Part shown: in pieces, positions 27,302 to 37,447 of the stretch
Position numbering within the stretch: the first letter of the stretch is position 1
How the letters are laid out: each line of letters opens with the position of its first letter
Source: an uncultured Aminicenantes bacterium
GTDB lineage: Bacteria; Acidobacteriota; Aminicenantia; UBA2199
Direction of reading: 5' to 3'
Length of the DNA stretch: 64,000 bases
Assembly (NCBI GenBank): GCA_965195285.1
Contig: CBDAFS010000041.1
Location: 24,585-88,584, forward strand
The notes under the pieces: generated by a model
What the model saw: only the letters and a program-made list of their open reading frames with translations
What the model was told of the DNA's origin: nothing
Database searches by the model: none
Position numbers and translations under genes: made by a program

Positions 27302-28702
27302 TTGAAGAAAACCATATCATTTTACCTTGTGGTCCTGGTATTGCTGGGGCTGCCTCTCGGGCTGGCTGCATTTTCGGTTAGGAGCCTGCAGTTTCTGGTG
27401 ACCAATGAGTTGATCTATCAATATAATGAGGTTGCCGAGGAGAAACACTAATATCACGAGTTAATTTCCCTTTCCGCCAGTTTAAAGAACTGGTCGCTGG
27501 GTCTCACCCTGAGGGGATTTAATTTCTACAAACAAACCCCCAATAACACCCTGGACAACCTGAAAGTGGATATCTACCGGTTTTATATCCGTTATCAGAA
27601 GTCCCACTGGAAAGTCAATGCCGGTGATTTCTATGCTTTACTGGGTCGGGGAATGGTTTTATCGGTTTTAAAAAACGAGGATGTACTGAGAGAGCGAACC
27701 ATTACCGGCGGTGATATTGGCTACCACCGGGGGAGACTCGACTTCAGGATACTGGCCGGAGTGGTCAAGGATGAGACCGAGGATCAAAAGTGGGCCCTGG
27801 TTGGTGGCGAAACCAGCCTGGAATGGCTTGAAGACAACTATCTGGGCTTGCATTTCAGTTATATCAATGATATGGATTCCCGGCTCCAGCTGGGTCAACG
27901 GTTGACATATTCCCTCAGCGCCAGCGGTAATAAGCTTTTAAAACATTTTAGTTATTACGCCGAATTTGCCAGGCTGGACTTTCTGGAAAACGGTTTATTG
28001 GCCGAGAACGGGTATGGCCTTTATTCGAGCCTGACCTTTAATTATGCCCCTGTCACCTGTTTGGTTGAATATAAAAAATACCATCATTTCAACAATGAAA
28101 TGAACAATCCCCCGGTTGCTGACCGGGAGGATGAAGTCTCATCCATTTCAGATACCGATGGGGTCAGGTTTCAGGTGCAGTATGCCCTGTTCAACCCGGA
28201 TCTGATATTTTTTGTCAACCACGGGCGCTACCGGGAGTATGAAGATAAGGGAGATCATACCTATGGGGGACTGATTCTTGAGGATCTCTGGGATCGTCTG
28301 GATGTTTCAGTGTCCTATGGGATCAAGGATATACTTTATCCCATAAAGAAATTTAAATTTGACCTGGTTTATCAGATTTCCAACCGCTGGAGCCTTGAAT
28401 TTTCAGCCCGGAATAAACATTACCGGGACGGGGAATTTGTCTTCAAGGAGCAGGATCATTCCCTTCAGGTATCCCTGGCACCTGTTTTATCGTTTTATTT
28501 TCTGCATCAATACTCCCATAACCGGATCATGGATCTTAATCATTTTTATAGCGGGGGGATCAAGCTGATTCTGAAGGGAATCACGGTTATCGAACTCTCT
28601 CTGGGCACGGTCCGGGGGGGGCAGATGTGCAGTGGAGGCCAGTGTTTTGTGGTTCCGCCCTTCAAGGGAGTCAAGTTTTCAATTTTCCATATATTCAAAT
28701 AA
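27302..28702 (+). pseudogene. outer-membrane protein (DUF6029-like) interrupted by in-frame TAA
   Basis: TTG start with signal peptide, in frame with 27566 ORF; TAA at 27449-27451; GDFYALLGRGMVL and C-terminal GGQMCSGGQC motifs. Confidence 0.75.
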
Positions 28703-28785
28703 TGTGACCATCATTCAATTGATATCTGAATATTGGTTTGTCAATGGATTTGAAAAAAATGTTGGAATGATGTATAAATCGGATT

Positions 28786-30477
28786 ATGGAAAAACACAAT
28801 GATATCCCTCAAACCCTGAATGATTTTTTGGATTCATCAGTCGAAAAGTTTGCCGACCGCCCGGCTCTGGGTTTTGCCAACCAGACCCCGATAACCTACC
28901 GGGAATTTCTGAATAAAGTGATTGCCGTGGCCGGCCTTCTGGAGAAAAAAGGCGTCCTGAAAGGGGACCGTGTGGCTATTCTGGGTGATAATTCTCCCAA
29001 CTGGGGAATCAGTTATTTTGCTATTCTACGGGCCGGGGCCATTGCGGTCCCCATTCTACCCAATTTGCCGGAATCCGATATTCGGCATATTTTGGTCGAT
29101 TCCGAAGTCCAGGTGCTTTTCACCACTCAGAAGCAACTGGAAAAAGCAGGAGACCTGGGAAAGGGGAAGCTGAAACACATCATCACCCTGGATGATTTCC
29201 TGACCGATGACCAGACTCTGACCGTGGAACCGATATCCGATCTTCTGGACCGGGCCATTGATTTTATAAAAAAAATCCCACGGACCATCGGATTGCAATC
29301 CGGGAAAGTCAGTGCTGAAGATCTGGCCTCAATCATCTATACGTCGGGAACATCCGGTCATTCAAAAGCGGTCATGCTGACCCATCATAATCTGATTTCC
29401 AATGTTATGACCATGCCAATCCTGATAAATATCCAGGTTGGCTGGACTTTTCTTTCCCTCATCACCTTGGCCCATTCCCTTGAGTTCACCACCGGTTTTT
29501 TATTTCCGATTTGGAGTGGCGCCCGCATTGTCTACCTGGGCAAAACCCCGACTCCCCCGCTAATCGAAAAAGCCTGCCAGGCTGAAAAACCCCAGGTGAT
29601 TTGTGCCGTGCCCATAATTCTGGAAAAAATCTACAAGAAAAAAGTACTGACTGTTCTGGAAAAAAACCTATTAATCAAGATGTTAACCCGCCTACCCGGA
29701 ATAAAGAGTAAGATATATAAAAAAATAAATAAGAAAGTGATGGAGTTCTTCGGTGGAGAGTTGGTTGTCATGGCCATTGGCGGGGCCTCTTTTAATCTGG
29801 AAGCCGAACAATTTTTCCACAGAGCCGGTTTTCCCTACATGGTGGGATACGGATTAACCGAAACCTCGCCTTTGCTGGCCGGTGGTCCGTTCGAAGACAA
29901 AACCATTAAAATTTCTTCGACCGGAAAACCCATACCAGGTGTGGAAATCCGAATTTTAAATACAAACCCGAAAACCGGGATCGGGGAGATTGTTGCCCGG
30001 GGACCCAATATCATGAAAGGGTATTACAAGAATCCCGAATTGACCCGGGAGGTTCTGGATGAACAGGGCTGGTTCAAGACCGGAGACCTGGGTCGGTTGG
30101 ATAAATACAATAACCTTTACATTACCGGAAGATCCAAGAATATGATCCTGATGTCCAATGGAGAGAATATATATCCGGAGGCCATTGAAGGAAAAATCAA
30201 TTCCAGCTTTTTTATCATAGAATCTCTGGTTATTGAGAACAACGGGCTGTTGGAGGCCTGGGTGTACCCGGATTATGATCTGATTGATCAGGAAACCAAG
30301 GGAAAGACCGAGAAGCAGAAAGGGGAATTCATCGTTAATGTGCTGGACCAGTTGAAAGTGGAGATCAATTCTCAAGTGTCTTCGTTTTCAAGGCTTTCCC
30401 GGGTAATTGAACAGAAAGAGCCCTTTGAAAAAACCGCTACTTTGAAGATAAAACGTTACCTGTATTCCCATGGGTGA
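28786..30477 (+). CDS. long-chain acyl-CoA synthetase (AMP-binding)
   Basis: IYTSGTSGHSKAV, GYGLTETSP, WFKTGDLG and GENIYPE motifs. Confidence 0.92.
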   Translation: MEKHNDIPQTLNDFLDSSVEKFADRPALGFANQTPITYREFLNKVIAVAGLLEKKGVLKGDRVAILGDNSPNWGISYFAILRAGAIAVPILPNLPESDIRHILVDSEVQVLFTTQKQLEKAGDLGKGKLKHIITLDDFLTDDQTLTVEPISDLLDRAIDFIKKIPRTIGLQSGKVSAEDLASIIYTSGTSGHSKAVMLTHHNLISNVMTMPILINIQVGWTFLSLITLAHSLEFTTGFLFPIWSGARIVYLGKTPTPPLIEKACQAEKPQVICAVPIILEKIYKKKVLTVLEKNLLIKMLTRLPGIKSKIYKKINKKVMEFFGGELVVMAIGGASFNLEAEQFFHRAGFPYMVGYGLTETSPLLAGGPFEDKTIKISSTGKPIPGVEIRILNTNPKTGIGEIVARGPNIMKGYYKNPELTREVLDEQGWFKTGDLGRLDKYNNLYITGRSKNMILMSNGENIYPEAIEGKINSSFFIIESLVIENNGLLEAWVYPDYDLIDQETKGKTEKQKGEFIVNVLDQLKVEINSQVSSFSRLSRVIEQKEPFEKTATLKIKRYLYSHG

Positions 30478-30524
30478 TACATTGAAAGCCTGGCCAGCCC
30501 GTTCGGTTTTTCGTCCAATTTGCC

Positions 30525-31427
30525 ATGACCGGAAATAGTCGTTTGAATGAAGCCCTGCGGATAACCCGGATCGGGATTGTTGCCAATATAACCCTGATCA
30601 TACTTAAATTTACCGGTGGAATCATCGGGAGAAGCGGGGCGGTTATTGCCGATGCGGTGCACTCTTTTGCGGACTTTGCCACAGATATCATTGTGATTAT
30701 CGGATTGAAACTATCCGATAAACCTGCCGATAACACCCATCGCTACGGGCATGGCAAATTCGAGACCCTTTCCTCACTGATCCTGGGTGTTATTTTACTG
30801 GCCACCGGTATCGGTATTTGCTGGTCCGGAATCGGAAACATCATTCATTTTATTGGAAAAGAATCCATATACCGGCCAACCTGGATTGCATTTGTGGCGG
30901 CACTGATATCGGTAATCATAAAGGAATGGCTTTATATCATTACCATTCGAAGCGGGAAAAAATTGAACAGCCAGTCCCTGATTGCCAATGCCATCAACCA
31001 CCGCTCGGATGCCTTATCATCCATCGGTGTTATGATCGGAATTGCCGGAGCAGTTTTTCTGGGGGAAAAATGGAGTGTGCTGGATCCTGTGGCCGCTGTC
31101 ATCGTGGGGATTTTCATTTTCAAGGCTTCATTTTCAATTATCCGAAGCAGTATTGATGAGTTTCTGGAGGCATCGCTGGGAGATCAGATTGAAAGTGAAA
31201 TTCTGGACATAAGCGGACGGATTTCAGGTGTCCGTAATCCCCATAACCTTAAAACCCGAAAAGTCGGGAAAAATATGGTAATCGATATTCATATCGAGGT
31301 AGATCCCCGGCTGAATATCAAAACGGCCCATGATATTTCCGACCGGATGGAAGAAGAGCTGAAACGTCGATACGGTTCCGAGACTGTGATCTCGGTTCAT
31401 ATAGAACCGGGCCAGACAAGTCAGTAA
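30525..31427 (+). CDS. cation diffusion facilitator transporter (FieF-like)
   Basis: ADAVHSFAD, HRYGHGKFE, HRSD and VHIEP motifs. Confidence 0.92.
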   Translation: MTGNSRLNEALRITRIGIVANITLIILKFTGGIIGRSGAVIADAVHSFADFATDIIVIIGLKLSDKPADNTHRYGHGKFETLSSLILGVILLATGIGICWSGIGNIIHFIGKESIYRPTWIAFVAALISVIIKEWLYIITIRSGKKLNSQSLIANAINHRSDALSSIGVMIGIAGAVFLGEKWSVLDPVAAVIVGIFIFKASFSIIRSSIDEFLEASLGDQIESEILDISGRISGVRNPHNLKTRKVGKNMVIDIHIEVDPRLNIKTAHDISDRMEEELKRRYGSETVISVHIEPGQTSQ

Positions 31428-31436
31428 ACGGAGGAT

Positions 31437-32681
31437 GTGATGAAAAAAATATTGATTTTCAACGTGATCATTTTATTCCTGATTGGGGCAGGTTTGTTTT
31501 CCGATTCCCATCAGGATACCCTTCCAATCGGGCCTTCCCCATATAAGTATGATCTGGGAAAAATTGAAAAAAATCAGATCTATAAAACCGGGTCCGGTAA
31601 AATTGTCAATCTTTCAGATCTGGTTCTGGCTGCCGGTTCAACGGACCTGATTGTCATCGGGGAATCTCATGATAATTATGACTGTCATGTATTCCAGAGG
31701 GATTTGATTGAAGCCCTGTACCGGAAATATCCCCGAATAATTGTGGGCTTTGAGTTTTTTAAAAGAGAAGATGATGAAGCCCTGGAATTGTGGCGGAATG
31801 GACAGATTTCGGAATCGGAACTAATCCGGAAAACCGGCTGGTATCAAAAAACCTCTTATAATTTCGGATATACCCGTTTGATCATGGATGTCCTGAAAAA
31901 ATACCGGATCAAAACCATTGGCCTCAATGTATCGCGAGATATCCTGCGTAAGGTTTCCAGAAAGGGATTCGATTCACTGAGCCCTGATGAAAAAAAATTG
32001 TTTCCCGGCATTAAGGTTTCTCATCCCCAGCACCGCTATTTGATCAAGACCATTTTCGGGGATTTTGCCCTGCAAGTTCCGTTCTGGTTTGAAAATGTCT
32101 ATGATTCCCAGAAATGCTGGGATGTGGTGATGGCTGAATCCATGAGACAGACACTGGCCAAAAGGGAATTCAGAGGGTACAAAGGGATTATCATTGCCGG
32201 CAGTTTTCATGTGGCCTACCATCTGGGCATACCCTTCCGGTTTCAACGCTCAGACAAAAGGGCCCGGCTCACCACTATTATGCCGGTACTGATTCCAACC
32301 AAAGATAAGGAATCCGACCCTGAGGAACATCCCATGAAAAAAATGTTTGCCAAGAACTTGCCAGCGGTCGCTGTATTTTCACGCGGAATTGGGGATTATG
32401 TTTTTTCAATAACCAAGCCCCAGCATTCCCATTTTCCGGAATGGGGATTCTCCTGTAAAAAAATCAACGATACCATTCAAATTACTGCCATCAAAAAAAA
32501 GGGCCTGGCCGAGAAATACGGACTCAAAAAGGGTGATATCATTGTGATGGCCGATGGAGAGAACCTGAAAACCATGGAACAGTTGCGATTCATTCTGGCC
32601 TCCAAAGAGTGGGGGGGTGATATTAGACTCCGGCTGGATCGGAAAATTGAGTTAAAAAAAAATGAAAGCAAACGGCCTTGA
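31437..32681 (+). CDS. ChaN family (heme-binding-like) protein with C-terminal PDZ-like domain
   Basis: IGESHD, GFEFF, WDVVMAES and IAGSFHV motifs; AEKYGLKKGDII. Confidence 0.78.
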   Translation: MMKKILIFNVIILFLIGAGLFSDSHQDTLPIGPSPYKYDLGKIEKNQIYKTGSGKIVNLSDLVLAAGSTDLIVIGESHDNYDCHVFQRDLIEALYRKYPRIIVGFEFFKREDDEALELWRNGQISESELIRKTGWYQKTSYNFGYTRLIMDVLKKYRIKTIGLNVSRDILRKVSRKGFDSLSPDEKKLFPGIKVSHPQHRYLIKTIFGDFALQVPFWFENVYDSQKCWDVVMAESMRQTLAKREFRGYKGIIIAGSFHVAYHLGIPFRFQRSDKRARLTTIMPVLIPTKDKESDPEEHPMKKMFAKNLPAVAVFSRGIGDYVFSITKPQHSHFPEWGFSCKKINDTIQITAIKKKGLAEKYGLKKGDIIVMADGENLKTMEQLRFILASKEWGGDIRLRLDRKIELKKNESKRP

Positions 32682-32726
32682 TGGCAAGATCGGGTTGTCC
32701 ATAAGAAGCTGGACTCCGGTCATGGT

Positions 32727-32756
32727 TTGACTTTTGGTTTTGCTTATCTGTATAAT
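32727..32756 (+). promoter_or_regulatory. sigma70-type promoter
   Basis: TTGACT-N18-TATAAT. Confidence 0.5.
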
Positions 32757-32793
32757 ATTTTTTTATTTTGAATCTGGATAAAAGGAGAAATGC

Positions 32794-34902
32794 ATGAGCA
32801 AAGAATTTAAACCCTACGTACCTGTTGAAAGTACAATGAAGGAGTTTACATTTAAAGCGATCTTCCTGGGTATTATTTTGGCCATTGTGCTTGGTGCTGC
32901 CAATGCCTATCTGGGCTTGAAAGCCGGTATGACGGTGGCAGCCACTTTTCCGGCAGCGGTTATTGCCATGGCGGTTCTCAGGATTTTCAAGGGAACCATC
33001 CTGGAAGAAAACCTGGCCAGGACCACCGGCGCGGTCGGAGAGGCACTGGCGGCCGGTGCCATTTTTACCATTCCGGCTTTTGTCATGACCGGGGTTTGGG
33101 ACAGCTTCAGTTATGTCAAAGCCACAGTCCTGATGCTGGTGGGTGGTGTCTTGGGTGTTCTTTTTGTGATCATTTTGAGAAGAACCATGATCGAAGATCA
33201 GACCTTGCCCTATCCAGAGAGCAAGGCCTGTGCCCAGATTGTCAAGAGCGGTCAGAGTGGTGCTACCGGAGCCGGGTTGGTATTCGGTACCATGGGATTG
33301 GCCGGTTTAATTGAATTGCTCCGGCATGACCAGGGGTTTTCACTGATAAAAAGATACTTCCAGGGTTTCTTGAAACTGGGAAAATCGAAGATTTCTCTGC
33401 TGGATGGCAACAGCAATGTGATTGAATCCGGAGCCGGGCAGGCAGCTGAATTCGGCAAAGACGGGGGGCTGCTATTGATCAGCCCGGAAGCCTCACCCGC
33501 TTTTCTGGGTGTGGGATACATTATCGGTTTCAGACTGGCGGCTATTACTTTTTCCGGTGGAGTGTTCGGATGGCTGTTTTTGATGCCCGTGGTATTGTTT
33601 TTAATGAGCGGGGATCTATTGCCCTTTGGTGCGGGCGGCGACTGGATTGCTATTGCCAAGTCCGCCTACAATTCAACCGTGAAACCCATTGCTGTGGGAG
33701 GCATGCTGGTGGGTGCATTTTATACCCTTTTCTCCATGCGTAAAAACCTGATCGGGGGAATTTCCAGAGGGATAGCGGATATTAAAAAAGTCGGAAAATC
33801 GGATGAGACGGTTTCCCGGGTTGATAAAGATTTACCTTTCGGAATGGTTATTGTTGCCATACTCATCATTGTGGTGGTCATGATCGGAATCTTCCAGCAG
33901 TTTATCAAAACTCCGGAGAGTTCAGGGTGGGGTGGCGCCATTGGTTCGGCTCTGGTCATGGCTCTGGCCGGGTTTTTGTTTGCCGCAGTGGCCGGCTATC
34001 TGGTGGGGATCATCGGTTCTTCATCCAATCCCATTTCGGGTTTAACCCTGACCACTCTGTTGATTGCTGCGCTTTTGATGGTGGTCCTGGGACTGAAAGG
34101 AGATCCGGGTGTGGCGGCAACACTGGCCGTGGCCACTATTGTTTGCTGTGTGGCGGGTGTGGCCGGTGATATGATGCAGGATTGGAAAGTCGGTCATATA
34201 TTAGGTGGTACTCCCTGGAAAATGCAGATCGGCGGAATGATCGGTGTGGTTGCGGCTGCCCTGTTTTTGATTTTTCCCATCATGCTGCTGGATAAAGTTC
34301 CCGGAGATCCGACCGCTCATGCCATTGGTTCTGATGCCCTTCCCGCACCCCAAGCTGGTTTAATGGCCATGATGTCCAAGGGTATCGTGGGCGGTGAAAT
34401 GGCCTGGCCCCTGGTAATAGCGGGTATGTTATTTGCCATGGGACTGATTTTAATCAAATCGCCTTCTCCCATGCTTATTGCAGTAGGCATGTATCTGCCC
34501 TTCAGAACCACAGCAGCTATTTTCATTGGCGGTATCATCAAGTATTTTGTCGAGAAAAAAACCAATAAATATGCTGAAGTCAAATCAGCCCATAAGAAAT
34601 TAGCCGGAGAGGAAAAGGCCGGTTTTATTGAAAGCATCAGGGAAAAATCCGAAAATATTGGTTTGTTGCTAGCCTCGGGCTTGGTGGCGGGTGAGGCGCT
34701 GACCGGAATTTTACTGGCTGCATTTGTATCCATCAAGGAGGATTTCCTGAATAAATTAATCGGAAACCTGACCCCGGACAAAGAAGCCATTGTGGCCAAT
34801 GGAGTTGTCGGAACTATTTTGTATTTTGGAACGCTGGCTTTTCTGGCCTACATGATGATTCAGATACCGCTGAAGAAAATCCGGGAAAATAATAACAGTT
34901 GA
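32794..34902 (+). CDS. OPT family oligopeptide transporter
   Basis: ANAYLGLKAGMT, LPYPES, SSSNPISG and PAPQA motifs. Confidence 0.93.
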   Translation: MSKEFKPYVPVESTMKEFTFKAIFLGIILAIVLGAANAYLGLKAGMTVAATFPAAVIAMAVLRIFKGTILEENLARTTGAVGEALAAGAIFTIPAFVMTGVWDSFSYVKATVLMLVGGVLGVLFVIILRRTMIEDQTLPYPESKACAQIVKSGQSGATGAGLVFGTMGLAGLIELLRHDQGFSLIKRYFQGFLKLGKSKISLLDGNSNVIESGAGQAAEFGKDGGLLLISPEASPAFLGVGYIIGFRLAAITFSGGVFGWLFLMPVVLFLMSGDLLPFGAGGDWIAIAKSAYNSTVKPIAVGGMLVGAFYTLFSMRKNLIGGISRGIADIKKVGKSDETVSRVDKDLPFGMVIVAILIIVVVMIGIFQQFIKTPESSGWGGAIGSALVMALAGFLFAAVAGYLVGIIGSSSNPISGLTLTTLLIAALLMVVLGLKGDPGVAATLAVATIVCCVAGVAGDMMQDWKVGHILGGTPWKMQIGGMIGVVAAALFLIFPIMLLDKVPGDPTAHAIGSDALPAPQAGLMAMMSKGIVGGEMAWPLVIAGMLFAMGLILIKSPSPMLIAVGMYLPFRTTAAIFIGGIIKYFVEKKTNKYAEVKSAHKKLAGEEKAGFIESIREKSENIGLLLASGLVAGEALTGILLAAFVSIKEDFLNKLIGNLTPDKEAIVANGVVGTILYFGTLAFLAYMMIQIPLKKIRENNNS

Positions 34903-35252
34903 AAAATAAAGAAGAGAACTTATTAGATCTGATTCCAGAAATCATTTGCCAATGGGGAAAAAACCAGGAGGGTAAAATTTACATCCTGGTTCCCCGGTTC
35001 AGGAGTCCTCTGCTCAGAAAGATAGGAATGAAGTTTGGGCGGTCCGAATGGGTCAGGATTATTTTAGATGAAAAAGGAACCAAATCCTGGAGGTTGATAA
35101 ATGGCAAACGGAGTGTTCACGAAATCGGAGAATTGCTGGAAAAGGAAATGGGAGACTCGGTAAAGCCGGTTTATGACCGGTTATCCCAGTTCATAACCAT
35201 CCTGTTCAAGAATAAATTCATTGTCTTTAAAAATTACCATCCCAAGAATTGA
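34899..35252 (+). CDS. PqqD-like small protein
   Basis: LDEKG...W.LING.RSV.EI...L pattern; overlaps OPT stop. Confidence 0.7.
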   Translation: MKNKEENLLDLIPEIICQWGKNQEGKIYILVPRFRSPLLRKIGMKFGRSEWVRIILDEKGTKSWRLINGKRSVHEIGELLEKEMGDSVKPVYDRLSQFITILFKNKFIVFKNYHPKN

Positions 35253-35278
35253 ATAACCAGTAGTTTTTTTTTCTTTTC

Positions 35279-35344
35279 TTAACCTTAACCTCAACCTGAG
35301 GAGTCAGGAGTCAGAAGCCAGGAGACAGAAGATAGAAGCCAGAA
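35279..35344 (+). repeat. hexamer plus heptamer short tandem repeat tract
   Basis: aacctt aacctc aacct, then about 6 (C/T)AG(G/A)AG(T/C/A) units. Confidence 0.75.
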
Positions 35345-35411
35345 ATTTTTACTTAACCTGGAATTAATTCTGACGAGTTGCTCTTGCTCCTGCGAGCTAC
35401 CTGACCATTCA

Positions 35412-36797
35412 TTACGAATCTTTGATTTCGGGTATTTCCAGCCCGTACTGGGGGTTCTTTTTATCTTCCTGCTTCAGCAACAGGGCAAACAGGAATCCAA
35501 ATAGACCCAGTCCGGCAAACATGAGTATGGTATAGGTATAGTTCAGGTTGGCGGTTCCGTCCCTGAGCATTTCAATGGTGATTCCGGGATTGACCAGGTC
35601 GGTGATTTTGCCGGCCAGAATGGGAAAGGCGAAAAGACCCAGATTCTGAATGGATGTCATGATTCCATAGGCGGTTCCCAGTCGCTTCTCTTCCACCAGT
35701 CGAGCCACGGCTGGCCACATGGCTGCTGGGACCAGTGAAAGGGAGATGCCCAGAATAAACATGGATATGAAGGGAGTCACATGAGTCAGAGCCAGGGTTA
35801 AATGGGTCACCAGGATCATCCCTGACCCGAAGGTCATCAGTGTCGCCCGTTTACCCTTTCGGTCCACAAACAACCCGAAGATAGGCGTGAACACAATAGT
35901 TCCCCATATGATCAAACTGGTTAGCATGCCGCTGAGTTTTAAAGAGAAATTGAATTTGTTGTGCAGGAAATCCGGACAAAACGCCTGAAAGGGGAAAACC
36001 GCCGAATAAAAGGTGAGGCAGAGCAGGGAGATCAAGATAAATGATCTGTTTTTCAATATTTCAACGATGTCTCTGAAATGAAACTTTTCATCAGCCTCTA
36101 ACATAGACTTGGATCGGGTGTTTTTTTCGTATTTTTTATCGTAAAAATTGTATATCAGGAAGAATAGAAATCCCACTCCCATGAAAACCGAGGCCACCCA
36201 GAGGGCGGTGGTCCAGCCTGACTTGGTTTCAATGAGAATGGGTGAGAAAATAAGTGCCGCTGCAGTTCCAAGCCGGGCGATGGCTAGGTTTACGGCAAAG
36301 CCAAAGGCCAGTTCCTTGCCCCGAAACCATTTGACTATTATCTTGTTGATGACCACGATACTGGTTTCGGCACCGAGACCGTACAGCAACCGGCCTAATA
36401 TCATCATTTTTAGTTCAGGTGAATACTGGGGAAGAAAAGAGTTGAACAAAACATATCCGAATCCATTATCCCTGAAAAGGTCGCTGGCCCCATAGGCTGT
36501 TATCAATGCACCCATGGCACAAAATAGGGTGAATAATGCCCCTGTCTTCCGGATGCCGAAACGATCCAGAAATATCCCCCCAAAAACAGCCATTAACAGA
36601 AAGGTATTGGGGAATGAGTAGAATGAAACCAACATTCCGTACTCGGTAGAGCTGAAACCCAGCTGAATCTGCATGGTTTCCTTTATGGAAGACATGGCAT
36701 CATAAACATAATAATTGGTCATGATTACTATGCTAACCAGAAATAAGAATCCCCATCTCAGCAATCGCTGGTTGGTTGATTTTTGTGTATCGGTCAT
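35412..36797 (-). CDS. MFS transporter (MFSD1-like)
   Basis: GIFLDRFGIRK motif A; WFRGKELAF; about 12 TM segments. Confidence 0.9.
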   Translation of the reverse strand: MTDTQKSTNQRLLRWGFLFLVSIVIMTNYYVYDAMSSIKETMQIQLGFSSTEYGMLVSFYSFPNTFLLMAVFGGIFLDRFGIRKTGALFTLFCAMGALITAYGASDLFRDNGFGYVLFNSFLPQYSPELKMMILGRLLYGLGAETSIVVINKIIVKWFRGKELAFGFAVNLAIARLGTAAALIFSPILIETKSGWTTALWVASVFMGVGFLFFLIYNFYDKKYEKNTRSKSMLEADEKFHFRDIVEILKNRSFILISLLCLTFYSAVFPFQAFCPDFLHNKFNFSLKLSGMLTSLIIWGTIVFTPIFGLFVDRKGKRATLMTFGSGMILVTHLTLALTHVTPFISMFILGISLSLVPAAMWPAVARLVEEKRLGTAYGIMTSIQNLGLFAFPILAGKITDLVNPGITIEMLRDGTANLNYTYTILMFAGLGLFGFLFALLLKQEDKKNPQYGLEIPEIKDS

Positions 36798-36874
36798 GAG
36801 AATCTCCAGGAAAAGAAGTCATTATAAATAAGATTATTTCAAAAAGCAAATGGTTGAAACCCGGTGAGGGAGCC

Positions 36875-36903
36875 TTGACAATAAAAAATCAAATTTATAC
36901 AAT
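36875..36903 (+). promoter_or_regulatory. sigma70-type promoter
   Basis: TTGACA-N17-TACAAT. Confidence 0.65.
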
Positions 36904-36930
36904 TATTGTATTGATAACGGGAGGTTATAA

Positions 36931-37377
36931 ATGAGTAAAAAATTGTTGATTGTTTTATTTGTGGCATTGTGTTTTATTTTTTCTGCATCCCTTTCTTTTG
37001 GTATTGATGATGACGCCAAAAAAGAGGAAAAGACAACCGAGGCCAATACCAAGGCCGAGAAGAGCAAGGCTGAGGCTAAAGATGAGAATATTAAAGAAGA
37101 TGTCCAGCTCAATGATCCCAGCAAGGAAATTGAAAAGAAAAGAGGCGGTTGCGGGATTCAATACAGGAATCATACTCCATGGACAATAAAAGTCTATGCC
37201 AACGGCTACTATCGCGGAACTGTTTATGGCTACAGTACGCTGAGTGTCTATACCAGTTGTAAAACAAGATTGGTTCTGTATGGACGCGCTGATTTTACCA
37301 ATGGAACCTATTTGAAATGGGGTCCCTATGTTTACTATACCCGCCATGCCTGGTTTACCTGGAATCTGTGGCGGTAA
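36931..37377 (+). CDS. small secreted hypothetical protein
   Basis: GGAGG RBS; signal peptide, charged linker, then aromatic-rich beta domain. Confidence 0.8.
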   Translation: MSKKLLIVLFVALCFIFSASLSFGIDDDAKKEEKTTEANTKAEKSKAEAKDENIKEDVQLNDPSKEIEKKRGGCGIQYRNHTPWTIKVYANGYYRGTVYGYSTLSVYTSCKTRLVLYGRADFTNGTYLKWGPYVYYTRHAWFTWNLWR

Positions 37378-37413
37378 TCCGGTCAACCCATTCTCAAGTA
37401 AATCATTGTATCG

Positions 37414-37433
37414 TTTCCCCCGGAGGGGGGAAA
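37414..37433 (+). terminator. hairpin between secreted protein and caspase genes
   Basis: TTTCCCCC-GGAG-GGGGGAAA with a T-run shortly downstream. Confidence 0.4.
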
Positions 37434-37447
37434 GAGTATATTTTTTT

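Noticed and set aside
27449-27451. Programmed stop-codon recoding (Sec/Pyl or alternative code)
   Set aside because: The codon is TAA, which terminates many genes in this window, and it is an isolated case.
37328-37447. Extended N-terminus of the caspase ORF
   Set aside because: It overlaps the upstream gene and the hairpin; ATG at 37448 precedes the hydrophobic signal-like segment.
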